From contig CM060731.1 of NCBI GenBank assembly GCA_030704615.1, positions 63,674,001-63,738,000 of the forward strand: DNA of 64,000 bases, given 5' to 3'. The number at the start of each line of letters is the position of its first letter. Position 1 is the first letter of the stretch. The translations under genes and the position numbers were made by a program. The DNA comes from Takakia lepidozioides (lineage: Eukaryota; Plantae; Bryophyta). This document shows, piece by piece, positions 25,821 to 37,400 of the stretch. The notes beneath the pieces are model-generated. The model was not told the origin of the DNA, ran no database searches, and saw only the letters and a program-made list of their open reading frames with translations.

Positions 25821-27011
25821 TTATGAGGTGTATACCCGTTTCGGGGAGGGATTTCGAATTTGCTGCTGTTGCTGCTCGCTCTCTTTTCCTTCGTGGTGAG
25901 CAACGACCATCTCCGACACATCTCCTCCATCTCGCAACGTCGATTGGGCAGTGGAGGTTGTTTGTATGACCGGATCAGTTGGGCTGGCCCTTATTGTTAA
26001 GTCCACCTGCCTCCTCACTGTTTGAGTCGCAATGGATTCTGCCCGGGTTTGTGTGATTTCCTCCAATTTCCATTCATGGATCTATACGAGATTTCTTACC
26101 GTCAGTCACATGTAAAGTTCAAGAAGGTGGGAAATATTAAGATACAGATCAGGTATTGGTAAAAACACAACCAAAACACAACCAGATGCAATACACACAA
26201 TTTGTTCCCTTTATAATGCTTAAAGACACCATAAATCTCCAAGTGTCAGTGATACCTACATCCAAATTGACATGCTAGGAGACACTTTGAGAGTGAGTTG
26301 GGCTCTGAGTTCGGCCTCTGCCTCCGCTATTTTTTCTGGGAGACGGGCTTTTAGTCCCACCTCTGTCACCACTGTCCATTTTTGCGGGGGACGGGCTCTT
26401 AGTCCTCCTTCTGTGTCCGCTGTCTTTTGTGGGACACGGGCTCTTTGTCCTCGCTCTCTCTACCCTCTCTTTGGCGGGAGACGGGGACATTGGCGCTGGC
26501 TCGCCCCCTTCTACAGGTTTGAACCAATCTTCTGCACTCCCAACAATACTGCCGCCCACCTCGATTGAGCTCGCCTCTGCACCCCTTGATGGTGAAGCAG
26601 GATTACTCTTAGTTCTCTCGCTTGAACTCGACAAATCCCCATCCAGAATCACGACCTTGTGGACCACAACGTCTTGGGTGATGTTCTCAATACCAAACTG
26701 TGACTGAGTTCTGAAGTCCTGAATCACATCTAGGTGTCCAGCCTCCCAACGGTCTGCATTGTCACCATCGTGGCCCTCGTTGTCCCCGTTACCATCGATG
26801 CCCTCGTCCTTCTCTCCATGTTCGGAATGTCCGCCTCCTTCTTCCAAGTCTTCATCTTCCTCCTCCTCATCCTCATCATCGTCTCTGCCGTCAACCTCTT
26901 CAGCAACATTGTCATTCTCAATTTGAAGCTTCTTAAAATTCGCTTCACCTTTTCATTTGAAATTTTTTTTTTGGTTGAGTGGTTGATGTCAAGCACTCGA
27001 ATGTTTCTTGC
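25821..27011 (-). pseudogene. Acidic and Ser-Pro-repeat exons, probably the middle of the same multi-exon gene
   Basis: Acceptors at ~27012 and ~26082, D/E tract, ~39-bp repeats encoding TKSPCP/TKSPSP/TQSPTH. Confidence 0.55.
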
Positions 27012-27101
27012 CTGCAGATAAACCCAGTCAGTAAAATAGAGGACGTGTTGGATCAAAAATATAAAATTCGTATATAAAATGCAAAAAGGTTTTACACTTA
27101 C

Positions 27102-29648
27102 ATGAAGGGCGTACGTCAACATCACACCTCCGAAGATGTTGACAGCGGACATCTCGTCTCAACAAAACAGGGAGGCCAAATAGTTGTATGTGTCAGCTCG
27201 TAGCTCATGATTATAGGTCCTGCACTCTTCTCTCCCAGAACATAAAATCCCTGACGGACAAGATACGATGTTCTTCCGGGACCATTTTGGATGTAGGAGA
27301 CCAGATTGGTCGAGGACGGTTGCGTCGAGAAGAAAACAAAAGCACTTGTGTTCATTTTCTGAGCCACAAAGGCCTCCAGTATGTTCACATAATCCTTGGA
27401 CTCAAATACGACAGAGTCGTCTTCAGAAACTGTATTGACGAACACCATCGCTATGTTGTCAAACCGTTTCTTAAAACTCGTTGAAATAATCCCTATGGCA
27501 TCCTCTCTATCCTCATAAATTTTCTTGATGGAGGAGACGTACTTAACAAAAGCGGTCGTGAGTGGTTTTGTCTCCATGTTCATCTTGATCTTGCTTTGGA
27601 TGTAATCCGTCCCCAATTTGTCTTTAAATGTTGAGAACTCTGTCTTATTGAAGTGGTACTTTCTCTTCACTTCACGCCACTCGTCCTTAGTGTACGGTTC
27701 TGTGCACTGTTTGCTCCTACGAGGCCACCCCAACACTTCCATCACATCGTCGACAATAAACCGGCGCATTTTCATGTCGTCTATGTACTTGTTCATGCCT
27801 TGAATTGATTTGTCTTGACCTTTGTAATCTCGAATGGTCAATTTCAGGTCCAGGATTTTCTGCGCAACTTTTATTAGCTGCCATCTGTTCAACCCTTGCA
27901 GCTTTGCGGTAGCATATTTCGTGAGTTGTTGCTGTTCACCTTGTACTGTATCCCAAGCGGATTGATTAGCTTTCCCTGCTCCCAGTTTTTGAAAACATCT
28001 TCCCAGATCTTCCAAACGTCGTCGTCGCAAAGTACCAGAACCATTGCCTCCTTAATGCTACCCATTTCAAGTATCAAATGACAGGTAAACATGAACTCCT
28101 GCACATTCATCCAGGGATAAATTAGTTGTCACTCCGACAAGAGAAGTATTCTTTAGCATAAAATGAATGTGAATAGTAGATTTGGATTCCATAAATGCAT
28201 ACCTTCCATTATTTCGTCTCGGACTTGGTGGTGTGATCGTTGTATTTCTTTGGCTTCCCCCTCAGGTTGAATAACATTCGCGCATGCTCAACTTTCTCCG
28301 GCATTGTTGTATCAAACTTTTGCGCCTTATTGGGATCGTTGAGGAGCTTTGACAACTTCAGGAGCCTTTGTTCATCGGTAGACCATACAATCTTCGCAGG
28401 CCACTCCCGGTAGTACTCCTTCAGTTCGTTGTTGGCAAGATCCTCGAGAAGTTCCTGCTACAGTTAATGTTAAATGGGTGAGAGAGTTGAAAGTGTGGGG
28501 ACATATCCAATTTTGTAGTTCAACACCAACCTCCACTGCCCGGTGGAGGTTCGTTAAAAAATAGGTCTGGGAGGAAATAAAGTCCATTACCTTTGCTGCC
28601 ACAATGGTGTGTTGTCCACCAATTACGAAGAACCTTGATACGTCCATCTCCTTCCATTGTTTCGGTCGCGATGAAGCAATCTTCTCTGGATTGGAAGGGT
28701 TGATTGGCGCAAGATACACCGGATGTTGGAGTCGAACAAATGAAGTTGGAAGAGTCGCGCTTTCACTTCGTCCTTATGCTTGATATTTAACGGCCTGTAA
28801 ACCATGCTCCTTGGAGCTAGTTCCATCATGGAAACCTTCCCAAGGAAGGTACTCTCGAATTCAAATGGAAATACATCATTGTATTCCTTCGTGAGCCTCT
28901 CCTCCATCTTCTCGCATTTTTCCTTGTCAAAAATCTCCCCAACTTTAGGTCTCTTGTTATCTGACATCAATGCTGGATCATGATCCTCCTTCTGTTTCTT
29001 CTTTCCTGCGGAAGTCCCGGCCTCATTGTCATCATTGCCGGCTATCGACAACTTGCATTTTCCCTTCTTCGGCTTTGATGCTTCATGTAGTGCTCGCTTC
29101 TTGCGAATGTCGTTCCCCATTGCGTGCAGAAGATCCAAAAAAATACTCCAGGCCCTCGACAAACCTACGTCGGTAAATACTGAGCCCTCGTCTGGAAATC
29201 TAAAACCCAGTGCAACGCATTCACTCATCAACGACTTGTTCAGACGACCCACCTCCACTTTGAAACCAAACGTCCTGGGGGTTCTCGCATCCTCATGCAG
29301 GAACAAAACCAACATCGGGTTTTCCTCTTCAGATTCAAGCTCTATATCGAGAGCTTCTGCGTATTTTAAGTCTGTTATTACTCCAAGACTTCTGTAATGA
29401 AAAAACAGTTTGTGATCAGGAGGTGTACCGACAGGCACGATGCCCCAATCTGTCACCTCTGGGTTAAGCTCAAAAATTGCGGTATGCTCAGTTTTGAAAT
29501 GTGAGGACTTCCGGCATACGAATGCGCCACAAATATCTCCAATCAATCCCGGGACGCAATCTGGTGGTGTAGGATGTCTTCTGTTACAACCAAACACAAA
29601 TTCATTAGATAATCAAATAACAGGATCTCTCTTACTAGCATCCATCAT
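27102..29648 (-). pseudogene. Multi-exon gene for a ParB/Srx-like domain protein; one premature stop near the start and several frameshifts
   Basis: ATG at 29648 (MMDASKRDPVI*LSNEF..). YRPLNIKH..FFVIGGQHTIVAAK resembles the ParB GxxR box. GT-AG intron ~28590-28455, next exon ELLEDLA..WPAKIVW. Helical region 28030-27122. Confidence 0.6.
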
Positions 29649-29902
29649 TCCAGAAATGAGAACCTCCACTGGACAGTGGAGGTTCGTATGTACGAGGCTT
29701 TCTAAATGAAATAGGAAATCCTCCATATTTTAAAGATGTTGTAGAAAAAAACTTTAATGAAAATGAGGTTCAGGAGCCATTGAGTACATCATCCTGAAAC
29801 AGGACAAATCTACAATAGAAATCTTCGAACCTAATTCGTCCAAAATATACTAAGGAACCTCTCGCAGTATATTCAGACGATTATAGATTATATACCCAAG
29901 AA

Positions 29903-30556
29903 CTACAGAATGCTCCTTCTTATCTCTCTGAGTGTATCAGGCGAATAGTTTGGAGGTGTATATTTTGGGGATCCAGTGATACTATCAGGAGATGCAGGGG
30001 AGTATCCTGGAGATCCGGAGACGTCCAGTAGTTCCAGGACTCCCCCACTCATTGCAATGTCCATGAGGAATTTTGGAGGGTAATATCCTTCAGATCTTGT
30101 TGTGGATTCAGGAGATGCTGGCGAGTAACCCGGAGATGCTGGATATCCAAAAACGGTCACTCATATCGCCGCCAATGTGTCCGGGGAATAGTCTGAAGGG
30201 GTGTATTTCGGATAATCTTGGGAGTAGGCAAGAGATCCGTTGACATCATTGTTTACATGAGCGCTTTCTCTTATTTCCTCCAGGGAATCCTTACAAATGT
30301 CTTCAGGTGTATTGTTCGGAGATTCGGATGCGCTCCGCGGGGATTCTACAGTCACATTTTTGTCATTGACAGACACTTTGTTCGGCTCGGTAGACCCCCA
30401 ACTGGATTTTTCATCTGGTTCCGAAACACCATGTTTTTGATGTGGATGGTCCACTTCCATCACGTCTACCGAACACCGTCTCTTGCTCCAATTTAATCTG
30501 GCGGTCTTGTACTCATCGTCAGACACCGGTTCCCCAACCTCGTTCCTCTTTCTCAT
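29903..30556 (-). pseudogene. ~217-codon ORF with RNA Pol II CTD-like heptads; one in-frame TGA at 30161-30163
   Basis: The two listed ORFs are contiguous and in frame. Contains YSPASPE, YSPASPD, YPASPG, YTPSDYSPDT and YTPPNYSPDT. Confidence 0.6.
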
Positions 30557-31578
30557 TCTGACATAAAAACTAATCAGAGTGTGTAACTGGTTGACCCAAA
30601 GAAATATCGAACCTCCACTGGGTAGTGGAGGTTCCCAATTATCGTATCCCAGTCTCGTTGGAAAGTATGTGTCACACTTACAATGTTACACATATGATTC
30701 CATCACTCGTTCCCACATCGTCTCAAACTGATTTTCAATTTTCCCGGAATTATTCGATTTCGTCCTTACTTTGAAAAAATGCCATTCAGCTTCCCCATAC
30801 AGAATTCACGCGAACCTCCACTGGGCAGTGGAGGTTCCAGTTTCTGGTTCCTCATGTGCATGACATGGGTCTACAAATAGTCTACTCTGGCCTGCACGAA
30901 GCCTACTGTTAGCCTATGTCTACTGTAGAATACAAGTACACTAGGCTATCGTGGTTTTTCATAATTGCCGAATTCGACAAAATTGGATAAGAAATGAAAA
31001 TTTCCATTCAGAATCGAATTTGAATGCGAAGAAATGCATCAACTATTGATTGACAAGAACAAACTAACGCTGGATTTGGGGATCAAGAAAACATCACGGC
31101 TTCATTGAAAGTGTGCACAATTTTCCATTTATTGACAGCAGCCATTGTCACATTAATTATGGAACAAACGATAACGGCCGCGATCAGACTGAATTCTATC
31201 GTACTTGTACGTTAGTAGGACTACAAGTCTGGCATCATAATCGTGCGGCTCTGACAGCAGACTATGGAATAAGCGTGAAGGATGTCGATTCTGACAAGTG
31301 GCCTAGAGAAATGAAGTCAGACGGCTAATCGCCACCACTTATTCTGGACTGCGCATTAACAATCGATCATTATAATTAGCTGGAAGGATTCCGGAGGTGA
31401 ACCATAAAGCACTTTGAGATTGTCCTGTTTATATTTATCATGCTATTACAGTGAATAAAACACTTGGGCAGGGCGGGGCATTTCATGCCGGCGCATTGCA
31501 TTGGACAGCGAGGGCGGTGCATTACAGGTGTGCGGAATGCTCTGTCGTGCATTGCTACAGCAAATGGGGGGGGGGGGT

Positions 31579-32020
31579 TGCGACGCCAGCCGTGCCCCCA
31601 CGCCCCGCGCAGCGCCGAGCGTGCAACGCCAACCCCGCGGAGCGTGTTTGCGACGTCGGGCCGTCGCAGCCAAACCCCGCGGGAGTGAAACCTGGCGCCG
31701 GGGCCAGGCGGCGACGCCTGGCCGTCGCACGGAGTGATGACGGGAAAATGACAGCCCTTCCATGCGACGCCCACTCGTCGCCCCCAGCGAAGGGCAGATG
31801 GCAGCCCTTTCTGGCGACGGCCGATCGTCGCACGCCGGGAAAAGAAAAACCATTTCTTGCCTTTTCTTTCATTGCAGCCCTTTCTTGCGACGCCCGGCCG
31901 TTGCATGGTGGCATGAAGGGCAAAAAGCCCCTGCGACGGCCGGGCGTCGCAAACTGCCCGGCTGCCCTATTCTTTCAAAACAAAAAAACATGTCACAGTT
32001 TGCGACGGCTGGCCGTCGCC
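31579..32020. repeat. Subterminal array of ~8 GCGACG-N6-CGTCGC palindromes
   Basis: Copies near 31580, 31650, 31711, 31764, 31814, 31887, 31933 and 32002, spaced 45-75 bp. Confidence 0.88.
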
Positions 32021-32067
32021 GTTTGTGACCCCCGGCCTCATAAATCCATTCAAAAAACAGGGGTCTA

Positions 32068-32211
32068 CCCACTCTGTCCACCTCGACTTCTCCTCGGATG
32101 GGGTCAACCCATTCTCTGTCCAGTCATGTAGTCATTCCACTTGGCCGGTGACCATGGTGAATTACAACATCCCTCCGTATCTTTCAATTAAAAAATGCCA
32201 TATCATGTTGG
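32068..32211 (+). pseudogene. CACTA/EnSpm transposase (Transposase_21) piece 2
   Basis: SVHLDFSSDGVNPF..STWPVTMVNYNIPPYLSIKKCHIML. Confidence 0.9.
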
Positions 32212-33150
32212 GGAAGATAATAGGAATAATGTAAGAACTTAATGCAAGCGCGTCAGGACGGTCCAGCCCTGACACCCGTACCGCCGGTTCTTCGCCTCTG
32301 GCAGACATCGAAAGGCAGCCGGCTGGGCTCGGTCAATCCCTCCCCACCCCCGCCCTCATCCCATCGGCGTCGTCGCCCCCTGCGCCGCTTCCAACAGTCC
32401 GCCAGTTCCCTGTAACCCCCGCCCCGGGTTCAACCATCACCCCCACGTAACCCTCTGTAACTCCGCCGAGTGTAACCCACACCACCATGTAACCCTCTGT
32501 AACCCATATAACCCCATGACCCTCTGTAACCCTCACCACCATGTAACCCTCTGTAACCCATGTAACCCTCTATAACACCGCAGAGTGTCACCCCCACCCC
32601 TATGTAACCCTCACTACATGTAACCCTCTGTAACACTTTGCAACCCATGTAACCCTATGTAACCCTCTGTAACCCTCTGTAACCCTCTGTAACCCATGTA
32701 ACCCTCTGTAACACCGCAGAGTGTAACCCTCACTCCATGTAACCCTCTGTAACCCTTTGTAACCCATGTAATCCTCTGTGACCCTCTGTAACCCATGTAA
32801 CCCTCTGTGACCCTTTGTAACCCTCACCACCATGTAACCCTCTGTAACACCGCAGAGTGTCACCCTCACCCGTATGTAACCCTCAGTCCATGTAACCCTC
32901 TCTGACCCTCTGTAACCCATGTAACCCTCTGTGACCCTTTGTAACCCTTTGTAACACCGCAGAGTGTCACCCTCACCCGTATGTAACCCTCACTCCATGT
33001 AACCCTCTCTGACCCTCTGTAACCCTCACCACCATGTAACCCTCTGTACACCGCAGAGTGTCACCCTCACCCCTATGTAACCTTCACTCCATGTAACCCT
33101 CTCTGACCCTCTGTAACCCTCACCACCATGTAACCCTCTGTAACACCGCC
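32212..33150 (+). repeat. Left TIR: ~190 bp unique sequence plus a GTAACCC/GTCACCC array
   Basis: Reverse complement of the right end; units such as TGTAACCCTC and TGTAACCCA. Confidence 0.92.
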
Positions 33151-33315
33151 TCGTGTACATCATACACGTGTAAACTATCCGACGGCCGAATGGAGGTTTA
33201 AATAGAGGCCGAAACCCTAATTTGCTCTCTCCATCCGTTTTTCAGATTCCTAGCTCGCTCGTTTTTTTGCTTTGGGGTATTAGCTTTCTGCAATTCCCAT
33301 GGTGCCCAATCGGCT

Positions 33316-33660
33316 TCACACATCAATGCGAAAGATTTGTAGTTCATTCAGTTCAGTATCGTCATCCCAGCAACATACAAGACAACGCTTTCCGCGCAGT
33401 GATCCGTCAAATCTATTACTACGGTTTTCTCTACGATTGATACGGTTGTCTCTATTCTTTTTCTTTCTCAATGTCATTCTTGTTGTTTTGTCACCGTCCC
33501 CGATGGCTATGGTATTCCTAAGATCCGCATTAGGAAAGGGTTTTGTTTCTTTCGGTCTAGCCATGCAAGCAGCCGCTCATTTGATGGGGTGCCCATTCAC
33601 TCTCCTCTCGTGTATCTTTTGTTCACACACCAGCCGGGGTAGCTTACTCATCGCTATTAT
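33316..33660 (-). pseudogene. Short diverged paralogue of the N-terminus of the MULE cargo gene
   Basis: AACMARPKETKPFPNADL..INRRENRSNRF versus AACMARPKGTKPFPDAEL..INIGNRGNRSSRF on the plus strand. Confidence 0.7.
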
Positions 33661-34462
33661 GGATGCAATACGTATCGAATCATGCGTGTTTTGCAAGCAC
33701 TATCAACCGGTTACATGTCTGATGGTTTATATGACTACCTCACGTGTGCTATGGTTACACACAGGGGGTTACACGGTGTTTTCTTTCTCAATACATGCTA
33801 GCTTGGTAGACAGTTTAGTAATGGAGGTTTAGATGGGGTTGACATGTTTGATGGGTTACGTGGATGTTGCGCTCGCGGAGCCACATAGGCTAGGGTTACA
33901 TGGGTGGGGCATTACATTGACCATGTTTACCTGGAGGTTGCATACTAATGGTTTGATATGACAGGGTTACATCGATGTTGTGTTCGGGAGTCACATAGAC
34001 TAGGGGTACATGAGGTTGTGACGAAGGGTTACATCATATGTGGGTACCTGACGGAGGGTTACACTCGACGTGCCTGGCATGCGGGTAACGGCCGGTTTGT
34101 CGCGCTCACAAGTGTAGGGTTACGGGTTACACTCCGCTATTCCGGGTGACACCGGGATTGCAACTCATACACGTGTGAGTCAGTGCGGATATAATTGATT
34201 GCAAGCCGCCAGATTTTAATGAACCGCCGTCTTTCGCTTAACCGACGTGCCTTACGGGTGACATCTAGCTAGCTTCGTTCTTCGTTCTTTGATCATTGTT
34301 CAGTTTTCCCCTTCTCGCAGCCTTTCATATTCTTCGTGCACTCCTTGCTGTGCGTGCTCCCTGTTGTGCGTTCTTCGGAATTCTCTTGGTCTTGGTCTTT
34401 TCTTGTCTTGTCTTTTCTTGCTCTTGCTCTTCTCTTCTCTTCTGTCAGCTTTTTCTTTTGTC

Positions 34463-37400
34463 ATGGCTGATTGTTATTTGTTCCCTGGAGAGGCTACTAT
34501 TCCATTTGATCACTTGAAAAGGGATGGCGAACGAGTTCGCTTCTGGTACACTGAGCATGAGCATGCTACAATGATCGCGTACTGCCACACCAGGTGTAGA
34601 GAGGCCAAGGTGGAGGGAGCAAAGGGCCGGCCTAAGTTCAAATGTCCTTATTGTGGGGCAGTAAAGGTAGATAAGAGCAGATTGAATCGGCATATTGTCG
34701 ATGGAACGGCTGCATGTATGGCCAGACCGAAAGGAACAAAACCGTTTCCTGATGCGGAGCTCAAGCATGCCATGGCTGTTGAAAATGTGATGAATTCTGT
34801 TCCAGCTTCTTCTGTTGATGCATATCATGCATGGATTCTGCAAAATAGGGTGGCTTTGGGTGAGATGCAGATCCTATTGAAGTGCCTGCTGTTGTACCTT
34901 CTTCAGCTATTTCTGCTGCAGAGGTTCCATCTTCTGGTGCTCCTGCTGTTTCTGTCCCTGGTCCTTCTATTCGGCAGGTTTCTAACGAGAGAGACAAGCG
35001 GCGATTGAGCCCGCCTCTACCTGTCCCTATTGCAAAGAAAATCAACATTGGAAACCGGGGAAACCGGAGCTCAAGGTTCATCTTGCGAAAGCGAACTCCA
35101 GGCTCAATCCTTCTGCTACCGCATGGCCTTATTCCTCAGTTCCCATTTCCGAATGTCAATGAGAAGGGGTTTTGGCCGGCATTCCAAGAATTTGTTGCGC
35201 GAGGCGAGGGCGCAGTCCATGCGACAGCTGCAAAATCAAGTCGGGTTCTATCGACAGACAATCAAGTTGGATTCCCTGCCATTTCTCTGTTTTTCAAATT
35301 TTGGGCTGTTGTCTATCCATGTAACCCCTTGTGTTACCCCCCCTGTCTCTCCTGTGGCGTGTAACCAGAGTGTAACCCACCTACAGAGGACCCCTTTTAA
35401 AAACTCCTATGGTGTGTAACCCACCTCTGTGTAACCCCGTGTAGCCCATCTTGTTTGTAACCCTTTTTCATGTGTAACCCCTCGTGCTGTAACCTTTTTC
35501 TCTGGTGTAACCCCTCACGCTGTATTGCGCAGGGAGCTCGATATCATCTTAGAAGCGATGATATGGACAGTGTTGTTGCTGCCCACAAGGCGTTTACTGC
35601 CCAGCCGGATCATGGTCCGTTAATGATAGAGGAATTGAATCGGGTGAAGGAGTATTTAGAGAGCATTGGGCATCCTGACATGCCAAAGCAGGAAAAGAAA
35701 AAAGGTGGGAGACTTACACGAGTCCATCGAGAGAGCCAAGCCTCACATGATGATGACACGATGGACGAACTAGCTGTTGGCAATACCGACCTTGACGATG
35801 CCAGAACTTCAAATCCTCTTGTCATCACTATTACTGTAGATGGAATCAAAGGTTTGGTTGTTCCAGATCCATTGGAATTCACTCGTGGTTTTGCCGAAGG
35901 ATTGATCAGTCAAATGGAGAATCTCACCAAACCGCACATTGGACCGCCACCACTCCTTTTGAGAATTCTGGCCCACAACGATGTAAGAAATCATGGCAGG
36001 TCAGTTTCCCAAACGCATCCCAGGTTGGGGTTCACGACTGAACTTCTGGAAAGTGCTCTTACGGCCTCAAAGGTGAAGGACCTGGTCGATGAGTATTACG
36101 GCTTTAGTCTGATGTACTTTGCACAACCTGGTGACGGAATTGCGACCTTGGATTCTGAGCTCGAAGACTTAAGATCGAGTTTGAGTACAGAAGAGTGGGG
36201 TGACCGGTCAATTAAGATCAACGGAGCTATACAGTTTTGCAAGGCAAGCCGTCGTCGCGCCGCCCATCACTTTGCGATCCAACAGAGAGAATCGTTTATC
36301 CAGCTTTGGTGTTGTGGCCTCTTCAGCGAATCACCAACAGAAATGGACTTCAATGCGCATTTGGGCATCCAGTATATGAGAGACCTTGGGTCTGTAGTGC
36401 CTTGGTATCTCTGTAAGTGTTACTCCATCCACTGTCACCCCTCTCGTCGTGTAACCTCTTTGTGTGTAATCTTGTAATCATTGTAACCCTCGCTATGTGG
36501 AACCTTGTAACTCAGTGTAACCCTCGTTGTGTGTAACCCTCGCTATGTGGAACCTTGTACTCAGTGTAACCCTGTAATCAGTGTAACCCTCGGAGTATGT
36601 AACCCTGTAATCAGTGTACCCCTAATGGTACCCCTCGCTGTGTTACCCTAGATTTGTTACCCTCTCATTGTGTAATCTCAGTAGTGTAACCCATTGCAAA
36701 CTACTGTCTCTAACAGGGTGGTGTAACCCACATCGTGTAATCCGAACCACTGTCTTGTCCTAGTCAGTGTAACCCTTGCACTTTCAAAAACCTCGTTCCA
36801 CGACTAAAAACCTTTGTCTTTTCCCCGATGCAGATGAGTCCGAGCTCATGACCAATCAAGTCGCCAATGCGTTCAAAAACCTTTTTGAGGCTCAACGTGA
36901 GCTTCACGAAGTTGTGTATGGGGCCCCTCCACAATGCGATACAGGGGGCGCAGGGGGCGCGCAGACGAGTGATGGGCCAATTTCCGCCCCGCAGAGCGAC
37001 GATGTACATGATGAGGACATCATTCCAAGTCAATCTGCCGTTGTATCTTTGTCGCAGGTTGGTGAATTGTACTCAACCCAGCTGCACTTAGGGGTGAACC
37101 TAGCAGACTTGACGCGGGATTTGCCCATGAATTCTGATACTGATACTGAAGATGATACATCAAGGTGGAACACCCAAGTGCGAACCTCTTTGTCCGCAGC
37201 CCTAGTCATTTCTTTTGAAGGTCTTAATCGAAGAATCGGGGACCCGATTGACCCAGAGTCTGTGTATGACTTTGAATCTGGAGATGCTGGGTTGAACCCT
37301 CGATGCAGCAATGTAAGTATTTGTCAGGATCATGTGGTCAACCTCTCTCAGAATGACCCAGCCTTCGTGGGTCCCATTGATGCGCAGGGTGACACTGCAA

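Larger units (their letters stand above)
23621..30837. repeat. Seven dispersed copies of the 26-bp palindrome GAACCTCCACTG-NN-CAGTGGAGGTTC
   Basis: Copies start at 23621, 24921, 25935, 28527, 29660, 30609 and 30812. Confidence 0.9.
22335..32067. mobile_element. Unclassified large TE-like element carrying ParB-like, FCP1-like and CTD-like coding sequences; left end uncertain
   Basis: Right end abuts a CACTA transposase mid-codon at 32067/8 and carries a subterminal palindrome array. A shared 26-bp palindrome is dispersed inside. No transposase recognised. Confidence 0.6.

Noticed and set aside
31376-32131. Overlapping 120-226 aa ORFs
   Set aside because: By-products of the GC-rich palindrome array; open on both strands with no domain.
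32333-33051. ORFs with VTEGY/GYRGL repeats (also 45427-47734)
   Set aside because: Translations of the GTAACCC arrays, not genes.
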